From positions 1-64,000 of IMG/VR virus record IMGVR_UViG_3300026097_000876: a DNA stretch of 64,000 nt. The stretch is one strand, 5' to 3'. The translations under genes and the position numbers were made by a program. Numbering within the stretch: the stretch's first letter is position 1; each line of letters starts with the position of its first letter. Shown here piece by piece: positions 14,493 to 23,612 of the stretch. The notes under the pieces are model-generated. The model was not told where the DNA came from. It made no database searches and was given only the letters and a program-made list of their open reading frames with translations.

Positions 14493-17024
14493 TCATTTCA
14501 TTTTCTCATATTGTAAATCTACCATTTCTTGGTGTAATAACTGTTGTGCAAGTCCGTTGCGTAGCCCTCGTTGATTCTCCGGAACTTTCTCGTCTGCGTA
14601 AAATGCTTGATCAGCATATATATCACCGCCCGGTATACCTACCTGTCCGTAAGCATTAAATCCTGGCACAAAGTTAATCAGTGCCGCTATCTGTGCCTGT
14701 AAGGCCTGCTGTGCTTCTAGTGTTGCGGCTGCACCCATTGTCTCTGCAAGTGCCATTGCACGTTTAGTAGCAATTTCTTTCATTTTCTTGCGTTTGGCTT
14801 TTTGTTTTTCTTCGGCCGTCATTTCTTTCTTTTTTCCAGATTCTTGAGATCCTTCTTCTTTTGAATCATCTCCGCTATCCGACTCTCCTGATTTATCATC
14901 CCCTTCGCTATCAGATTTGGAATCTTCTTTGCTTGGTTCTTTTCGTTCGTCGCTAGTTTTGTCCCCTGCTGAATCCATTCGCTCGTCCACATTATCACGG
15001 GACTCTGATACTTCTTTTTCATTGCCGTCTTTCCCTTCTGTTTCTACCAAGGCAACCAGTTCTTGTTCCATTTGCTCTTCTTGGGATTCTTCTTTTGTTG
15101 TTCTTTCTTGTGTTGCTCTGGGTGTGTTCGTCGCCACAGTTCTTTCTGTTTGCGGTGCAGGTATAGATATTGCAGGTCCTCTATCCACCACTTGATTTGT
15201 TGTAGCATTGTTAGTCCCCCTCAATACTTCATCAACCGTGCTATCGCCTGTAGCACTTGGTTGTGTTAGTGCCGCAACAGGATCTTCTGCTGTTTGAGCA
15301 TCTACTGTGGTGTTAGTTGCTGTGCTTGACGCATCATCATTGCTAACTCCTGCTGCCTGTTCTGCCTGTTTGTCTAATCCTGGTTTGATATATTTGTCGT
15401 AGTATGCGGCTTGATACCCCGAGCAACCTGCATCATAAAGTGCGTCTAACCCACATTGCTGATCGTAGTAAGCCACCGCATAGCCTGGGCACTGTGTGTC
15501 GTACAGTGCATCTAAACCACACTGCTGGGCGTAGAATGCGTCTGCGTAGCCATTACAGCCAGTATCATACAGTGGATTTAAACTACACTGATTGTCGTAG
15601 TATGCTTGTTCATAGCCAGGACAGCCTGAATCATATAGTGCATTAACTGAACACTGTTGATCATAATATGCTGATTGATATCCAGGGCAACCACTGTCAT
15701 ATAATGGATCAATACCGCATTGTTGATCATAATATGCTGATTGATATCCAGGGCAACCACTGTCATATAATGGATCAATACCGCATTGTTGATCATAATA
15801 TGCTGACTGATATCCAGGACAACCACTGTCATATAACGGATCGGCACTACACTGCTGATCGTAGTACGCACTAGCATATCCTGGACAATTTGTATCATAG
15901 AAAGGATCTGCACTACACTGTTGGTCATAGTAGGCTTGTTCGTATCCTGGGCAACCTGAATCATATAACGGATCAGCACTACATTGTTGTTCATAATATG
16001 CTTGTTGGTAGCCCGAACAACTCGGTGAGTACAACGGATCGGCATTACATTGCTGTTGTTCGTAGGCTTGTTGATATCCAGGACAACCTGGATCGTACAT
16101 TGGATCAGCTGTACAATTATTATTGTACTCTTGTTCAGCGTATGCTTCGCCATATCCTTCACAACTTGGATCGTATAGAGGATTAGCCGCACAAGGATCA
16201 GCACGATAGATAAACTGTAGATTTACATCTTTAACTTCAGGTCCGTAGTATCCGCCCCAATATCCGCCATCTTGCCCTGTAATACGAATACTAGCACTAC
16301 TAGGGTCAAGATATGATGTCCCAAATGCCTGTAGGAATTCTTCTGTTGTCCATTGGTCTGTTGTGCCGTAGCCTGATCCATCGCTACGATCATATGAATA
16401 TCGTTCTACAACTGCGCCGGAACTGTCTTTTACTTCAACATCAAATTGAAGTATATCACCGTCTCTGCCATTGTTGCCTATGCGTCTCCAAGTCCAGCCA
16501 TAGCTGAGTCCATCTAGTTGTATTCCACTTTGTGCTAGTGCTTGGTTAATAGCAATAGTCTGTGCAAGGATATCTCGACCATATGAGAACATAATGGTAT
16601 CAGTGGACTGATCGTATAGAGCACCATTACCGCTTATACTTGAACAACACCCACCTGGATCGTTACCGTAAGTAGCGCCGTCCCAAGCATTGTTGTCGAT
16701 TACATTCGGTGATAGTGTGTTACTACCGTCGTATTCTAACATAGTATAACCAGGGGCGATTTCATCACAGTCAAGTCCAAACCCAGTAACAGTCATATTA
16801 ACATCGTCACGTAGACAGATGCCACTACCATCAGGTCTGTATGAATAACTTTCTACGCCTGCTCCAGGTAATGACATGTAGAAGTCTTGGACTGCCTGAT
16901 ATTCAGGTTGACTCCACGTTTTGTTGTCGAATCTTTGCTGTGCGTTAGAAGGCGACGCCGCCGGTAGCAACACCAATAATAATAGCACCGAGTATACCCA
17001 GTCCAATACCTTTAATTGTGTCAT
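14493..17024 (-). CDS. Secreted protein with 12 Cys/Tyr-rich 22-aa repeats and a charged C-terminal region
   Basis: Signal peptide; repeat CxxDPLYDSGCPGYQxAYYDQQ. Confidence 0.8.
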   Translation of the reverse strand: MTQLKVLDWVYSVLLLLVLLPAASPSNAQQRFDNKTWSQPEYQAVQDFYMSLPGAGVESYSYRPDGSGICLRDDVNMTVTGFGLDCDEIAPGYTMLEYDGSNTLSPNVIDNNAWDGATYGNDPGGCCSSISGNGALYDQSTDTIMFSYGRDILAQTIAINQALAQSGIQLDGLSYGWTWRRIGNNGRDGDILQFDVEVKDSSGAVVERYSYDRSDGSGYGTTDQWTTEEFLQAFGTSYLDPSSASIRITGQDGGYWGGYYGPEVKDVNLQFIYRADPCAANPLYDPSCEGYGEAYAEQEYNNNCTADPMYDPGCPGYQQAYEQQQCNADPLYSPSCSGYQQAYYEQQCSADPLYDSGCPGYEQAYYDQQCSADPFYDTNCPGYASAYYDQQCSADPLYDSGCPGYQSAYYDQQCGIDPLYDSGCPGYQSAYYDQQCGIDPLYDSGCPGYQSAYYDQQCSVNALYDSGCPGYEQAYYDNQCSLNPLYDTGCNGYADAFYAQQCGLDALYDTQCPGYAVAYYDQQCGLDALYDAGCSGYQAAYYDKYIKPGLDKQAEQAAGVSNDDASSTATNTTVDAQTAEDPVAALTQPSATGDSTVDEVLRGTNNATTNQVVDRGPAISIPAPQTERTVATNTPRATQERTTKEESQEEQMEQELVALVETEGKDGNEKEVSESRDNVDERMDSAGDKTSDERKEPSKEDSKSDSEGDDKSGESDSGDDSKEEGSQESGKKKEMTAEEKQKAKRKKMKEIATKRAMALAETMGAAATLEAQQALQAQIAALINFVPGFNAYGQVGIPGGDIYADQAFYADEKVPENQRGLRNGLAQQLLHQEMVDLQYEKMK
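15405..16200 (-). repeat. 66-nt coding tandem repeat, 12 units
   Basis: Near-identical units at ~15655-15845 indicate recent duplication. Confidence 0.85.
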
Positions 17025-17514
17025 CTGAGCGTTTCTCCATTTCTTGTGCTTGTGGCCACTTGTCTACGTTCTGTGCCCATAGTTCAGCGGCCTCAGCACC
17101 GATCTTGCCGTCAAACGGACAAGGTGTTCCTGCAAACATCATTGCATTGAATACTCTTGAGTCTTGACACATCACACTCACTGCCGCAACTTTCATACCC
17201 ATATCGTACAACACTTTGGCATTCTTTAGTCGCTCACAGTTCATATCACGAACAGTATTGCCTGAACTGATACCCAGTATCTGTGTTTGAACAGCACCTG
17301 ACACACCAACAGTACATAGGTCACTGTTGCTAGAGTTTATGCTTGGACTAATAGCACTAGCAGGTGGCGATTTAACGGTGGTTTCTGTTTTACCAGTAGT
17401 AGTTACTGTTGAATTTGAAGTTGAGTCTGTTACAATCGGGTCCGATGCAGAGGCTTGTGGCACTGCATTTATAGCCAGCACTATGAATAATACTGCTGTA
17501 ATTCGTTTGATCAT
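16945..17514 (-). CDS. Secreted Cys-containing protein with C-terminal membrane anchor
   Basis: Signal peptide; SDLC...MNCERLK...VMCQD...TPCP; hydrophobic tail. Confidence 0.75.
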   Translation of the reverse strand: MIKRITAVLFIVLAINAVPQASASDPIVTDSTSNSTVTTTGKTETTVKSPPASAISPSINSSNSDLCTVGVSGAVQTQILGISSGNTVRDMNCERLKNAKVLYDMGMKVAAVSVMCQDSRVFNAMMFAGTPCPFDGKIGAEAAELWAQNVDKWPQAQEMEKRSDDTIKGIGLGILGAIIIGVATGGVAF

Positions 17515-17613
17515 TTTAATCCCCTCTGTTTGTATAATTAACAAACAATTATTGTAAAGCCCTCACGCTCTACAATACTATTTATCGTGATTTGGGGGAT
17601 TTTATAAGGTCAG

Positions 17614-18975
17614 TTATTTCTTAATATTAGATCTTACTTTTGTAACATCTTTCATCACTGGTCCTTTTTGAATAATATGTCTCAGTGTTTTAGTTGCTGA
17701 GCTACCTTCTATTTTAGGACGAATTGACATAAATGTATTTTGTTTAGATTTCTTTTTGTTAAAAATATGTAGTACTGGCCAACCATTAGATTGTTTCTGC
17801 ACTTTAGCATCAAGATCAAACTCATCTCGATTCATTATTTTAGTTAATTTTTTAAAATCTAATAGATAATATTTGTTTTCTTCGAATTGTAAAAGTTTAA
17901 CATTGTCATCATTGAGGGTAGCATGTCGTTTAATACCGTCAATAAATTTTTTCATAAACTCTGCTTCATTTTCAACATCGGCACCGGATAACTTAGTTTT
18001 AAGATCTTTGGATGCGGCTACAAATGCCTTAGTTAGAGCGGATGCATAGTTTTTACTTTTTAAATAGTCTTGTTGAGTCGAGCTAATATCAACTCCAAAT
18101 ACTTCAAATAACGATGTAGTTTTTTCCCAATTACTCTCGCTAGGTTTTTCTAAACTAGAACCTCCTCCTGATTGACCAAACTGAGGGGTAGTTCCTGATT
18201 TAAGACTTAGATCAAAATGTTTAATTTTACGTTCATTATTTTCATCTAGATAAACCATATAAATGTCAGTTTTTCTGCCTTTGTTATCAGATATTCCGTC
18301 ACTTATAATTTCAACAACATCAGGTCTTTGATTTTGTTCAAAAAACTTTGCATATGCTTCTACAGTTCTAGCATCATTACAAAATGCTACAATCTGATTC
18401 ATTGTTTTAAACATTTTATTGTCTGATTTTAACAACTCAGTATTTAAAAAACTTTCCATAGCTGCTTTATTCAATCTAACAGTTAATTTAAAAACATCTG
18501 TAATGTTTTCTTTGCCTTTTGCTTTAAATTCTACTGTGCCGCCGTCGGCAGGCGTTGAATTAATTAAATTTATAACATTATCTAATGTAATGTCTGCTCC
18601 AGGACGTTGCATTAATCTTGCAACTGTTGCCGCTCCTAGCACACCTTCAGTAACATCACCTCTGTTGGAAATTTTATCTCTTTTTTCTCCTGCTACAGTT
18701 GCTTGGCCGCCGTATTCGCCTGTTTTTGTAAGCTCCTTTAAAGATATATCATTGCCATCAATGTCTTTAATAAAATAATTATTAGGTGCTCGTTTACCAG
18801 AATTTAAATCACTTTCTAATCTATCTGCTTCCTGGGGATCTAAAATAATCGAACCCCCTGTTTCTAAAGTATGGGGTTGTTTGTTGCGAACTTTATTAAC
18901 AAAGATCTCGATATTATCGCGTTTTCTTAGTTCTGAAAATTTTAATTGTCCTTCAATTAAATGTTGATAGCGCAT
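17614..18975 (-). CDS. PD-(D/E)xK-like endonuclease, probable virion protein
   Basis: GDVTEG...KTDI...LSLKS motif; N-terminus MRYQHLIEG. Confidence 0.55.
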   Translation of the reverse strand: MRYQHLIEGQLKFSELRKRDNIEIFVNKVRNKQPHTLETGGSIILDPQEADRLESDLNSGKRAPNNYFIKDIDGNDISLKELTKTGEYGGQATVAGEKRDKISNRGDVTEGVLGAATVARLMQRPGADITLDNVINLINSTPADGGTVEFKAKGKENITDVFKLTVRLNKAAMESFLNTELLKSDNKMFKTMNQIVAFCNDARTVEAYAKFFEQNQRPDVVEIISDGISDNKGRKTDIYMVYLDENNERKIKHFDLSLKSGTTPQFGQSGGGSSLEKPSESNWEKTTSLFEVFGVDISSTQQDYLKSKNYASALTKAFVAASKDLKTKLSGADVENEAEFMKKFIDGIKRHATLNDDNVKLLQFEENKYYLLDFKKLTKIMNRDEFDLDAKVQKQSNGWPVLHIFNKKKSKQNTFMSIRPKIEGSSATKTLRHIIQKGPVMKDVTKVRSNIKK

Positions 18976-19002
18976 TAACGTATTCCTTAAATGTTTAAAT
19001 AT

Positions 19003-19686
19003 TTATGCCAGTTTAGGAAATAACATATCTGTGCAGAACTTATCAACATCGTCTTCGGCAAGACCTAAACTTTTCATAACCCTAGGAGTATGAGGATTTT
19101 GTTGCTGATTATGACAGTAATAATTTTGTCCGGCTGTAACTAATTCTTGAATTCCATATCCATTAAACTCACCAACTTGGTCAAGATACTCGTGTAAGTT
19201 AGAAAGTGCAATGTCAATAATAACACCAGCTTCGTCTTCTTTCACATTGCTTGCTGCAATCATACTAGGCGTAAAGATATTAGTAGCCCATTCAGGTAGT
19301 TGTCGTTTTTTCTCTGGAATAAATTCTTTTACAGTTTCTTCGTACCATTGAACCATAGGATGGTCTAGTTCGCAACTGGGCGAAAAGTCGTGAAATGCAC
19401 CTGTCATTTTAGATTTACCTGAAATTACATCAAATCCATATATTGGTGCTGTGTTGTGAAGTTGTGGGAAGACACAAACATGCATCATCCACAATCCTTT
19501 TGTGTCTCGAGCATCAACTACATCAATGTGAGCTCTTCGAACATCTTCATTTTCCCAAACTCTATTAATCCAACCACCATCGGGTTGATTGAAGTGTGCC
19601 ATTCCTGGTTCTTCAACTTCAACCCCATGATGATCAAACGCTTGAATGATTTGATCTTTACAATCAATAAGTTGATCCCAGATCAT
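19003..19686 (-). CDS. Ferredoxin-dependent bilin reductase (PcyA/PcyX-like)
   Basis: MMHVCVFP, GAFHDFSP, LPEWATNIF, QNYYCHNQQQNPHT; adjacent to heme oxygenase. Confidence 0.85.
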   Translation of the reverse strand: MIWDQLIDCKDQIIQAFDHHGVEVEEPGMAHFNQPDGGWINRVWENEDVRRAHIDVVDARDTKGLWMMHVCVFPQLHNTAPIYGFDVISGKSKMTGAFHDFSPSCELDHPMVQWYEETVKEFIPEKKRQLPEWATNIFTPSMIAASNVKEDEAGVIIDIALSNLHEYLDQVGEFNGYGIQELVTAGQNYYCHNQQQNPHTPRVMKSLGLAEDDVDKFCTDMLFPKLA

Positions 19687-19687
19687 A

Positions 19688-20278
19688 CTAGGAATATTCT
19701 AAATCGTTTAATTGCTCAAAAACTTTAACGGCAAATTCAAATGCTTTATTAGCTTCGTCTGCCATTCCGTCATGTGTGCGTCTGCGGATCATTTCCTTCA
19801 TTTCTTCAACCGAATGAGTCATTTCTTCAAATGCATACATTTTCCCAGAACCTGGAACTTTGCTTCTAATCATCTGTCCGCCTGACAAATCACCCATGTG
19901 TCTTACATAAATGTGTGCAAATAATTTGTCTGGATCATGCTGACACTGTGTGACAATATGTGATCTATACTCATGTACAGCATCAACTTCTGTTGGAGGA
20001 TTTTCTGGATCCCCACCTAACTCTACAAAGTCGGCCATAATATCGTCTGCCTGAATCAACCCGTCTAGTGGAAGATCATCATCTGGCATACTTAAATCTT
20101 GTGGGCCAAAACAACCCATACTTAATGCAACATCTTCTAGAACATCATACATTAACCACATGTTCCATAAGTATGTTTTATATTCTTCAGTGCTCATATT
20201 ACCAGACATCATTTTTCTTGCAAATTCCTGACGTTCTGCGTTCTGATGAGCTACTTGTGTTAAACTTGCTAAACTCAT
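19688..20278 (-). CDS. Heme oxygenase (HemO/Ho1-like)
   Basis: AHQNAE proximal His; HIYVRHMGDLSGGQMI. Confidence 0.9.
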   Translation of the reverse strand: MSLASLTQVAHQNAERQEFARKMMSGNMSTEEYKTYLWNMWLMYDVLEDVALSMGCFGPQDLSMPDDDLPLDGLIQADDIMADFVELGGDPENPPTEVDAVHEYRSHIVTQCQHDPDKLFAHIYVRHMGDLSGGQMIRSKVPGSGKMYAFEEMTHSVEEMKEMIRRRTHDGMADEANKAFEFAVKVFEQLNDLEYS

Positions 20279-20324
20279 TGTTTACTCCTCGTAAAAGTTA
20301 ATCATTCAATACAGTGTATTTATA

Positions 20325-20636
20325 CTATTCTTTTTCAATTGCCACTTGCAACGGAAACCCATTTTCCCTAGATAATTTAGTTGCTTCTAAAGATTTTTGT
20401 TCTGCTAATTCATAATTATAAAGACCAACTACAGAACTTCCGTTTTCATGAATTTCCATAGTAATGTTTCTTGCAACAATTTCCGAGTGTTTGAAAATTT
20501 CTATTAAAATTTCAACTACAAAATCCATCGGCGTAACGTCGTCGTTGAGCATAAGAACCTTGTACTTTCCTGGTTCAAGCATGATTTCTTTAGTAGATTC
20601 GTCTATGTTAATTTGTGTATCTAATTCTACGCTCAT
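20325..20636 (-). CDS. clpS: N-end rule adaptor ClpS
   Basis: YKVLMLNDDVTPMDFVV...MEIHENG. Confidence 0.9.
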   Translation of the reverse strand: MSVELDTQINIDESTKEIMLEPGKYKVLMLNDDVTPMDFVVEILIEIFKHSEIVARNITMEIHENGSSVVGLYNYELAEQKSLEATKLSRENGFPLQVAIEKE

Positions 20637-20653
20637 TTGTTTCTCCTAAAATA

Positions 20654-20682
20654 AAAATGGGGGAGATATCTCACTCCCCCTA
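20654..20682 (-). terminator. Intrinsic terminator after hsp20
   Basis: GGGGGAG-N9-CTCCCCC followed by T run. Confidence 0.65.
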
Positions 20683-20689
20683 GACTGTG

Positions 20690-21154
20690 TTACTCGCTGT
20701 CAATAGCGTCTTGCACATGACCGTTATAGTCTGTGATTTCAATACGCTTAGGCTGTAGTTCTTCTGGAACTTCACGCTTTAGATGTACGTTAAGCATGCC
20801 GTTTTCAAGGCCTGCACTTACTACTTCTACGTGATCAGCAAGTGTAAACTCTCTACGGAAATTGCGTTCGCCAATTCCTTTGTGCAGATAGTTTACGTTT
20901 TCACCCCCTTTAGGAGATGTACCTTCTACACGCAAGATATTCTTGTCCTTAGTAATGTCTAAGTTATCCATACCGAAGCCAGCGACTGCGAGAGTAATCA
21001 TAAACTCATCTTCGTCGATCTGTGCAATGTTGTATGGAGGATATCCTGTGCTCTGACTATTAGCAAATGATCTGTCTAGTTCATCAAATAGTCTGTCAAA
21101 GCCAATAGTAGCTCTGTGTAGGTTAGGTAGGTCTAGAGTTGTTAGTCTTGTCAT
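20690..21154 (-). CDS. Small heat shock protein (IbpA-like Hsp20)
   Basis: GFDRLFD, YPPYNI, YLHKGIGERNFRREFTLA. Confidence 0.95.
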   Translation of the reverse strand: MTRLTTLDLPNLHRATIGFDRLFDELDRSFANSQSTGYPPYNIAQIDEDEFMITLAVAGFGMDNLDITKDKNILRVEGTSPKGGENVNYLHKGIGERNFRREFTLADHVEVVSAGLENGMLNVHLKREVPEELQPKRIEITDYNGHVQDAIDSE

Positions 21155-21209
21155 TTTGTTTCTCCTTTAATAAGCAAGATTTTAATGTACCCATTTAATG
21201 GCGTACATT
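21155..21209 (-). promoter_or_regulatory. ROSE-like RNA thermometer in the hsp20 5' UTR
   Basis: UCUUGCU pairs with SD AGGAGA leaving a bulged G; preceded by an AATGTAC/GTACATT hairpin and a late promoter ATAAATA. Confidence 0.6.
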
Positions 21210-21224
21210 TTTATTTATCATCTG

Positions 21225-22385
21225 TTAGTAACCAACAGTTGATTTTTCGTACACAGCATTATGTGTCTGTGTACATCTAACAAATGTAGTACATTTGCTA
21301 AGATTCTTTAGTTTTACTGCGCCAGCGTAAGTACAAGTACTACGCAACCCACCAAGAATACCTTGAACAGTATTACCCACTGTTCCTCGGTAAGGCACAA
21401 GAACTTCTCTTCCTTCACTGCTTCTATACTCCTTAAGTCCGCCAAAGTGTTTGTCATTGGCTGCTGTTGAGCTCATGCCATAGAACTGTACAAACTTCTT
21501 TTCTTCAATAACACGACGACCTTCATCCCAGTCAGTTCCGCTCATCTTAGGAACAGGACGTAGCTCATCTGTGGCATAGCGTTTGACAATTACTTCTCCA
21601 CCACCTTCATCGTGTCCGGCAAGCATGCCGCCCAGCATTACAAAGTCAGCGCCAGCGGCAAATGCTTTGGCTACGTCACCAGGGCAAGTGCAACCCCCAT
21701 CAGCAATAATATGGCCGCCGAGTCCGTGAGCCGCATCGGCACACTCAATAACAGCCGAGAGTTGAGGATAACCAACACCTGTCTGAATGCGAGTAGTACA
21801 CACACTACCAGGACCAATCCCAACTTTAACAATATCTGCTCCTGCAAGAATTAACTCCTCTGTCATTTCACCAGTAACTACATTACCGGCGATGATTACA
21901 ATATTTGGATACGTCTTACGCATCTCTGACACAAAGTCACGAAAGCGATTTGAATATCCATTTGCTACATCAATGCAAACATATTTTAGATTGCCGTCTG
22001 CACGATCATATACGTCTTTAAACTTGTTCCAGTCACTGTCATTAATACCAATGCTCATTGCTACATGATTAGTGCGTAGATATTCGTCTGTGTCAAAAAA
22101 GTCTACAAGCTCGTCTGCCGTGTATGTTTTTACAAGACAGGTAAACATACCCAAACGTGCAAGTTCATCTGCCATTTCAAACGTACCAACACCGTCCATA
22201 TTGGCCGCCATAATAGGAATTCCTTTATAGTGAGCATTTAAAACATTGTCAGGAAATTCTATTTCGGAGTTACGAAATGTATATTCACGCACCAACTCAA
22301 CTTCTTTACGACTACCAAGTGTGCTACGTTTAGGACGTATCAGCACATCTTTGTAATCTAGTTTGCTTTCGGTTTCGATTCTCAT
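21225..22385 (-). CDS. guaC: GMP reductase
   Basis: [39 protein letters not shown]. Confidence 0.95.
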   Translation of the reverse strand: MRIETESKLDYKDVLIRPKRSTLGSRKEVELVREYTFRNSEIEFPDNVLNAHYKGIPIMAANMDGVGTFEMADELARLGMFTCLVKTYTADELVDFFDTDEYLRTNHVAMSIGINDSDWNKFKDVYDRADGNLKYVCIDVANGYSNRFRDFVSEMRKTYPNIVIIAGNVVTGEMTEELILAGADIVKVGIGPGSVCTTRIQTGVGYPQLSAVIECADAAHGLGGHIIADGGCTCPGDVAKAFAAGADFVMLGGMLAGHDEGGGEVIVKRYATDELRPVPKMSGTDWDEGRRVIEEKKFVQFYGMSSTAANDKHFGGLKEYRSSEGREVLVPYRGTVGNTVQGILGGLRSTCTYAGAVKLKNLSKCTTFVRCTQTHNAVYEKSTVGY

Positions 22386-22957
22386 CTTTTTACGCCATAA
22401 TTAAAACTAATTGAAATTCTGTCTTCATTAGTTACATTTGGTTGTACGCTATGTTTCATCCAACCAGGAAAAATATAAATTGCATCAGTCATAGCTTTGT
22501 ATGTTGTAGCTGTGCTAGTGAAATAATTAGGCTGTTCCATTGGAGGCAGAAAATACTCTGCGTTATCACTCCTTTCAAAAAACAAGTTTCCCTGCTCCGG
22601 AGTACTCTTTACGTAATAAACACCACTTAATATTGCACCTGCGTGATTATGTAAATGATTATATGCTCCGGGCTTATTGATATTAATCCAAATATTTTGT
22701 ATTTCCAACTCAGGAAGTTCAGACTGAACAGAACAATTAATCATCTCAGTATTGATAACTTTTACTAACTCATCAAACGCTTTGTTGTCGCCTTCCTTAA
22801 TTGAATTACTTTGCCAGCCAATATAATTAGAGACAGTAACACCGTCATCTGTTAACTGTCTGTCATATGCAAACGTAGACAATGCATCATTATCTACACC
22901 AGACAATAGTCCGGACCAGATTACACTAGGAAACCATTGTTCTGCCTGCAACGCCAT
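22382..22957 (-). CDS. Putative 2OG-Fe(II) oxygenase (TIGR02466-like)
   Basis: HLHNH...SGVYYV...FPGWMKHSV...RISISFN. Confidence 0.85.
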   Translation of the reverse strand: MALQAEQWFPSVIWSGLLSGVDNDALSTFAYDRQLTDDGVTVSNYIGWQSNSIKEGDNKAFDELVKVINTEMINCSVQSELPELEIQNIWININKPGAYNHLHNHAGAILSGVYYVKSTPEQGNLFFERSDNAEYFLPPMEQPNYFTSTATTYKAMTDAIYIFPGWMKHSVQPNVTNEDRISISFNYGVKR

Positions 22958-22958
22958 A

Positions 22959-23234
22959 TTAATAACCTCGTTCTGCTTGTTTTTTCTCAACAGTTTTGAG
23001 CCAACGTTTACGTCCAGCTGCTTTTGCTCTTGCACGTTTTTCGCTTGGTTTAATATATTCTCGACGTTCTTTTACTTCTTGTAATCTACCGTCTTCTTGA
23101 ACTTTCTTTTTGAACAATCGAAGAGCTTTACCTACATCGTCATTTCTTACTTCTACAGTAAGACCTTGTTTTTCTGTTTCGTTAGGACGAAACTGTTTTT
23201 TATTATTTCGATTGTTGTTATTGTGATATGCCAA
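22959..23234 (-). CDS. rpsU: Ribosomal protein bS21 homolog
   Basis: VEVRNDDVGKALRLFKKKV...REYIKPSEKR. Confidence 0.85.
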   Translation of the reverse strand: MAYHNNNNRNNKKQFRPNETEKQGLTVEVRNDDVGKALRLFKKKVQEDGRLQEVKERREYIKPSEKRARAKAAGRKRWLKTVEKKQAERGY

Positions 23235-23610
23235 AATGATTTACTCCTTCCATAAATTGACTTAACTCGTATATTCTATTAACATTAACTATATTGTACA
23301 CTGGATGTGCTTCTGTTGTCAAGTAAAAAGTCTTGTCAAGACCTAATAAGTAACCTATTATCCATGTATTATTTTTAGTATTGTCAATATCAATTACAAT
23401 ATAATCTACACTCTGTGACACATCAAGTAACCAAGGCAAGTTTAAATCTTCTTCATACAAATAAAGATTAATTGTGTGTTCAAAATATTTTGCATGTTCG
23501 TTGAAACTTGTTTTGATATCATCACTAGGATTTATCAATAATAAACTTGGATTGTTATTAAATAGTTTGTCAGGTGAGGTTATTAAATTAATAATTGTGT
23601 CAGACATCAA
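23218..23610 (-). CDS. Hypothetical protein
   Basis: Tightly packed ORF. Confidence 0.6.
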   Translation of the reverse strand: MMSDTIINLITSPDKLFNNNPSLLLINPSDDIKTSFNEHAKYFEHTINLYLYEEDLNLPWLLDVSQSVDYIVIDIDNTKNNTWIIGYLLGLDKTFYLTTEAHPVYNIVNVNRIYELSQFMEGVNHFGISQ

Positions 23611-23612
23611 TA

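Noticed and set aside
15405-16200. CRISPR array from the regular 66-nt periodicity
   Set aside because: Contiguous in-frame coding repeats with no unique spacers and no cas genes
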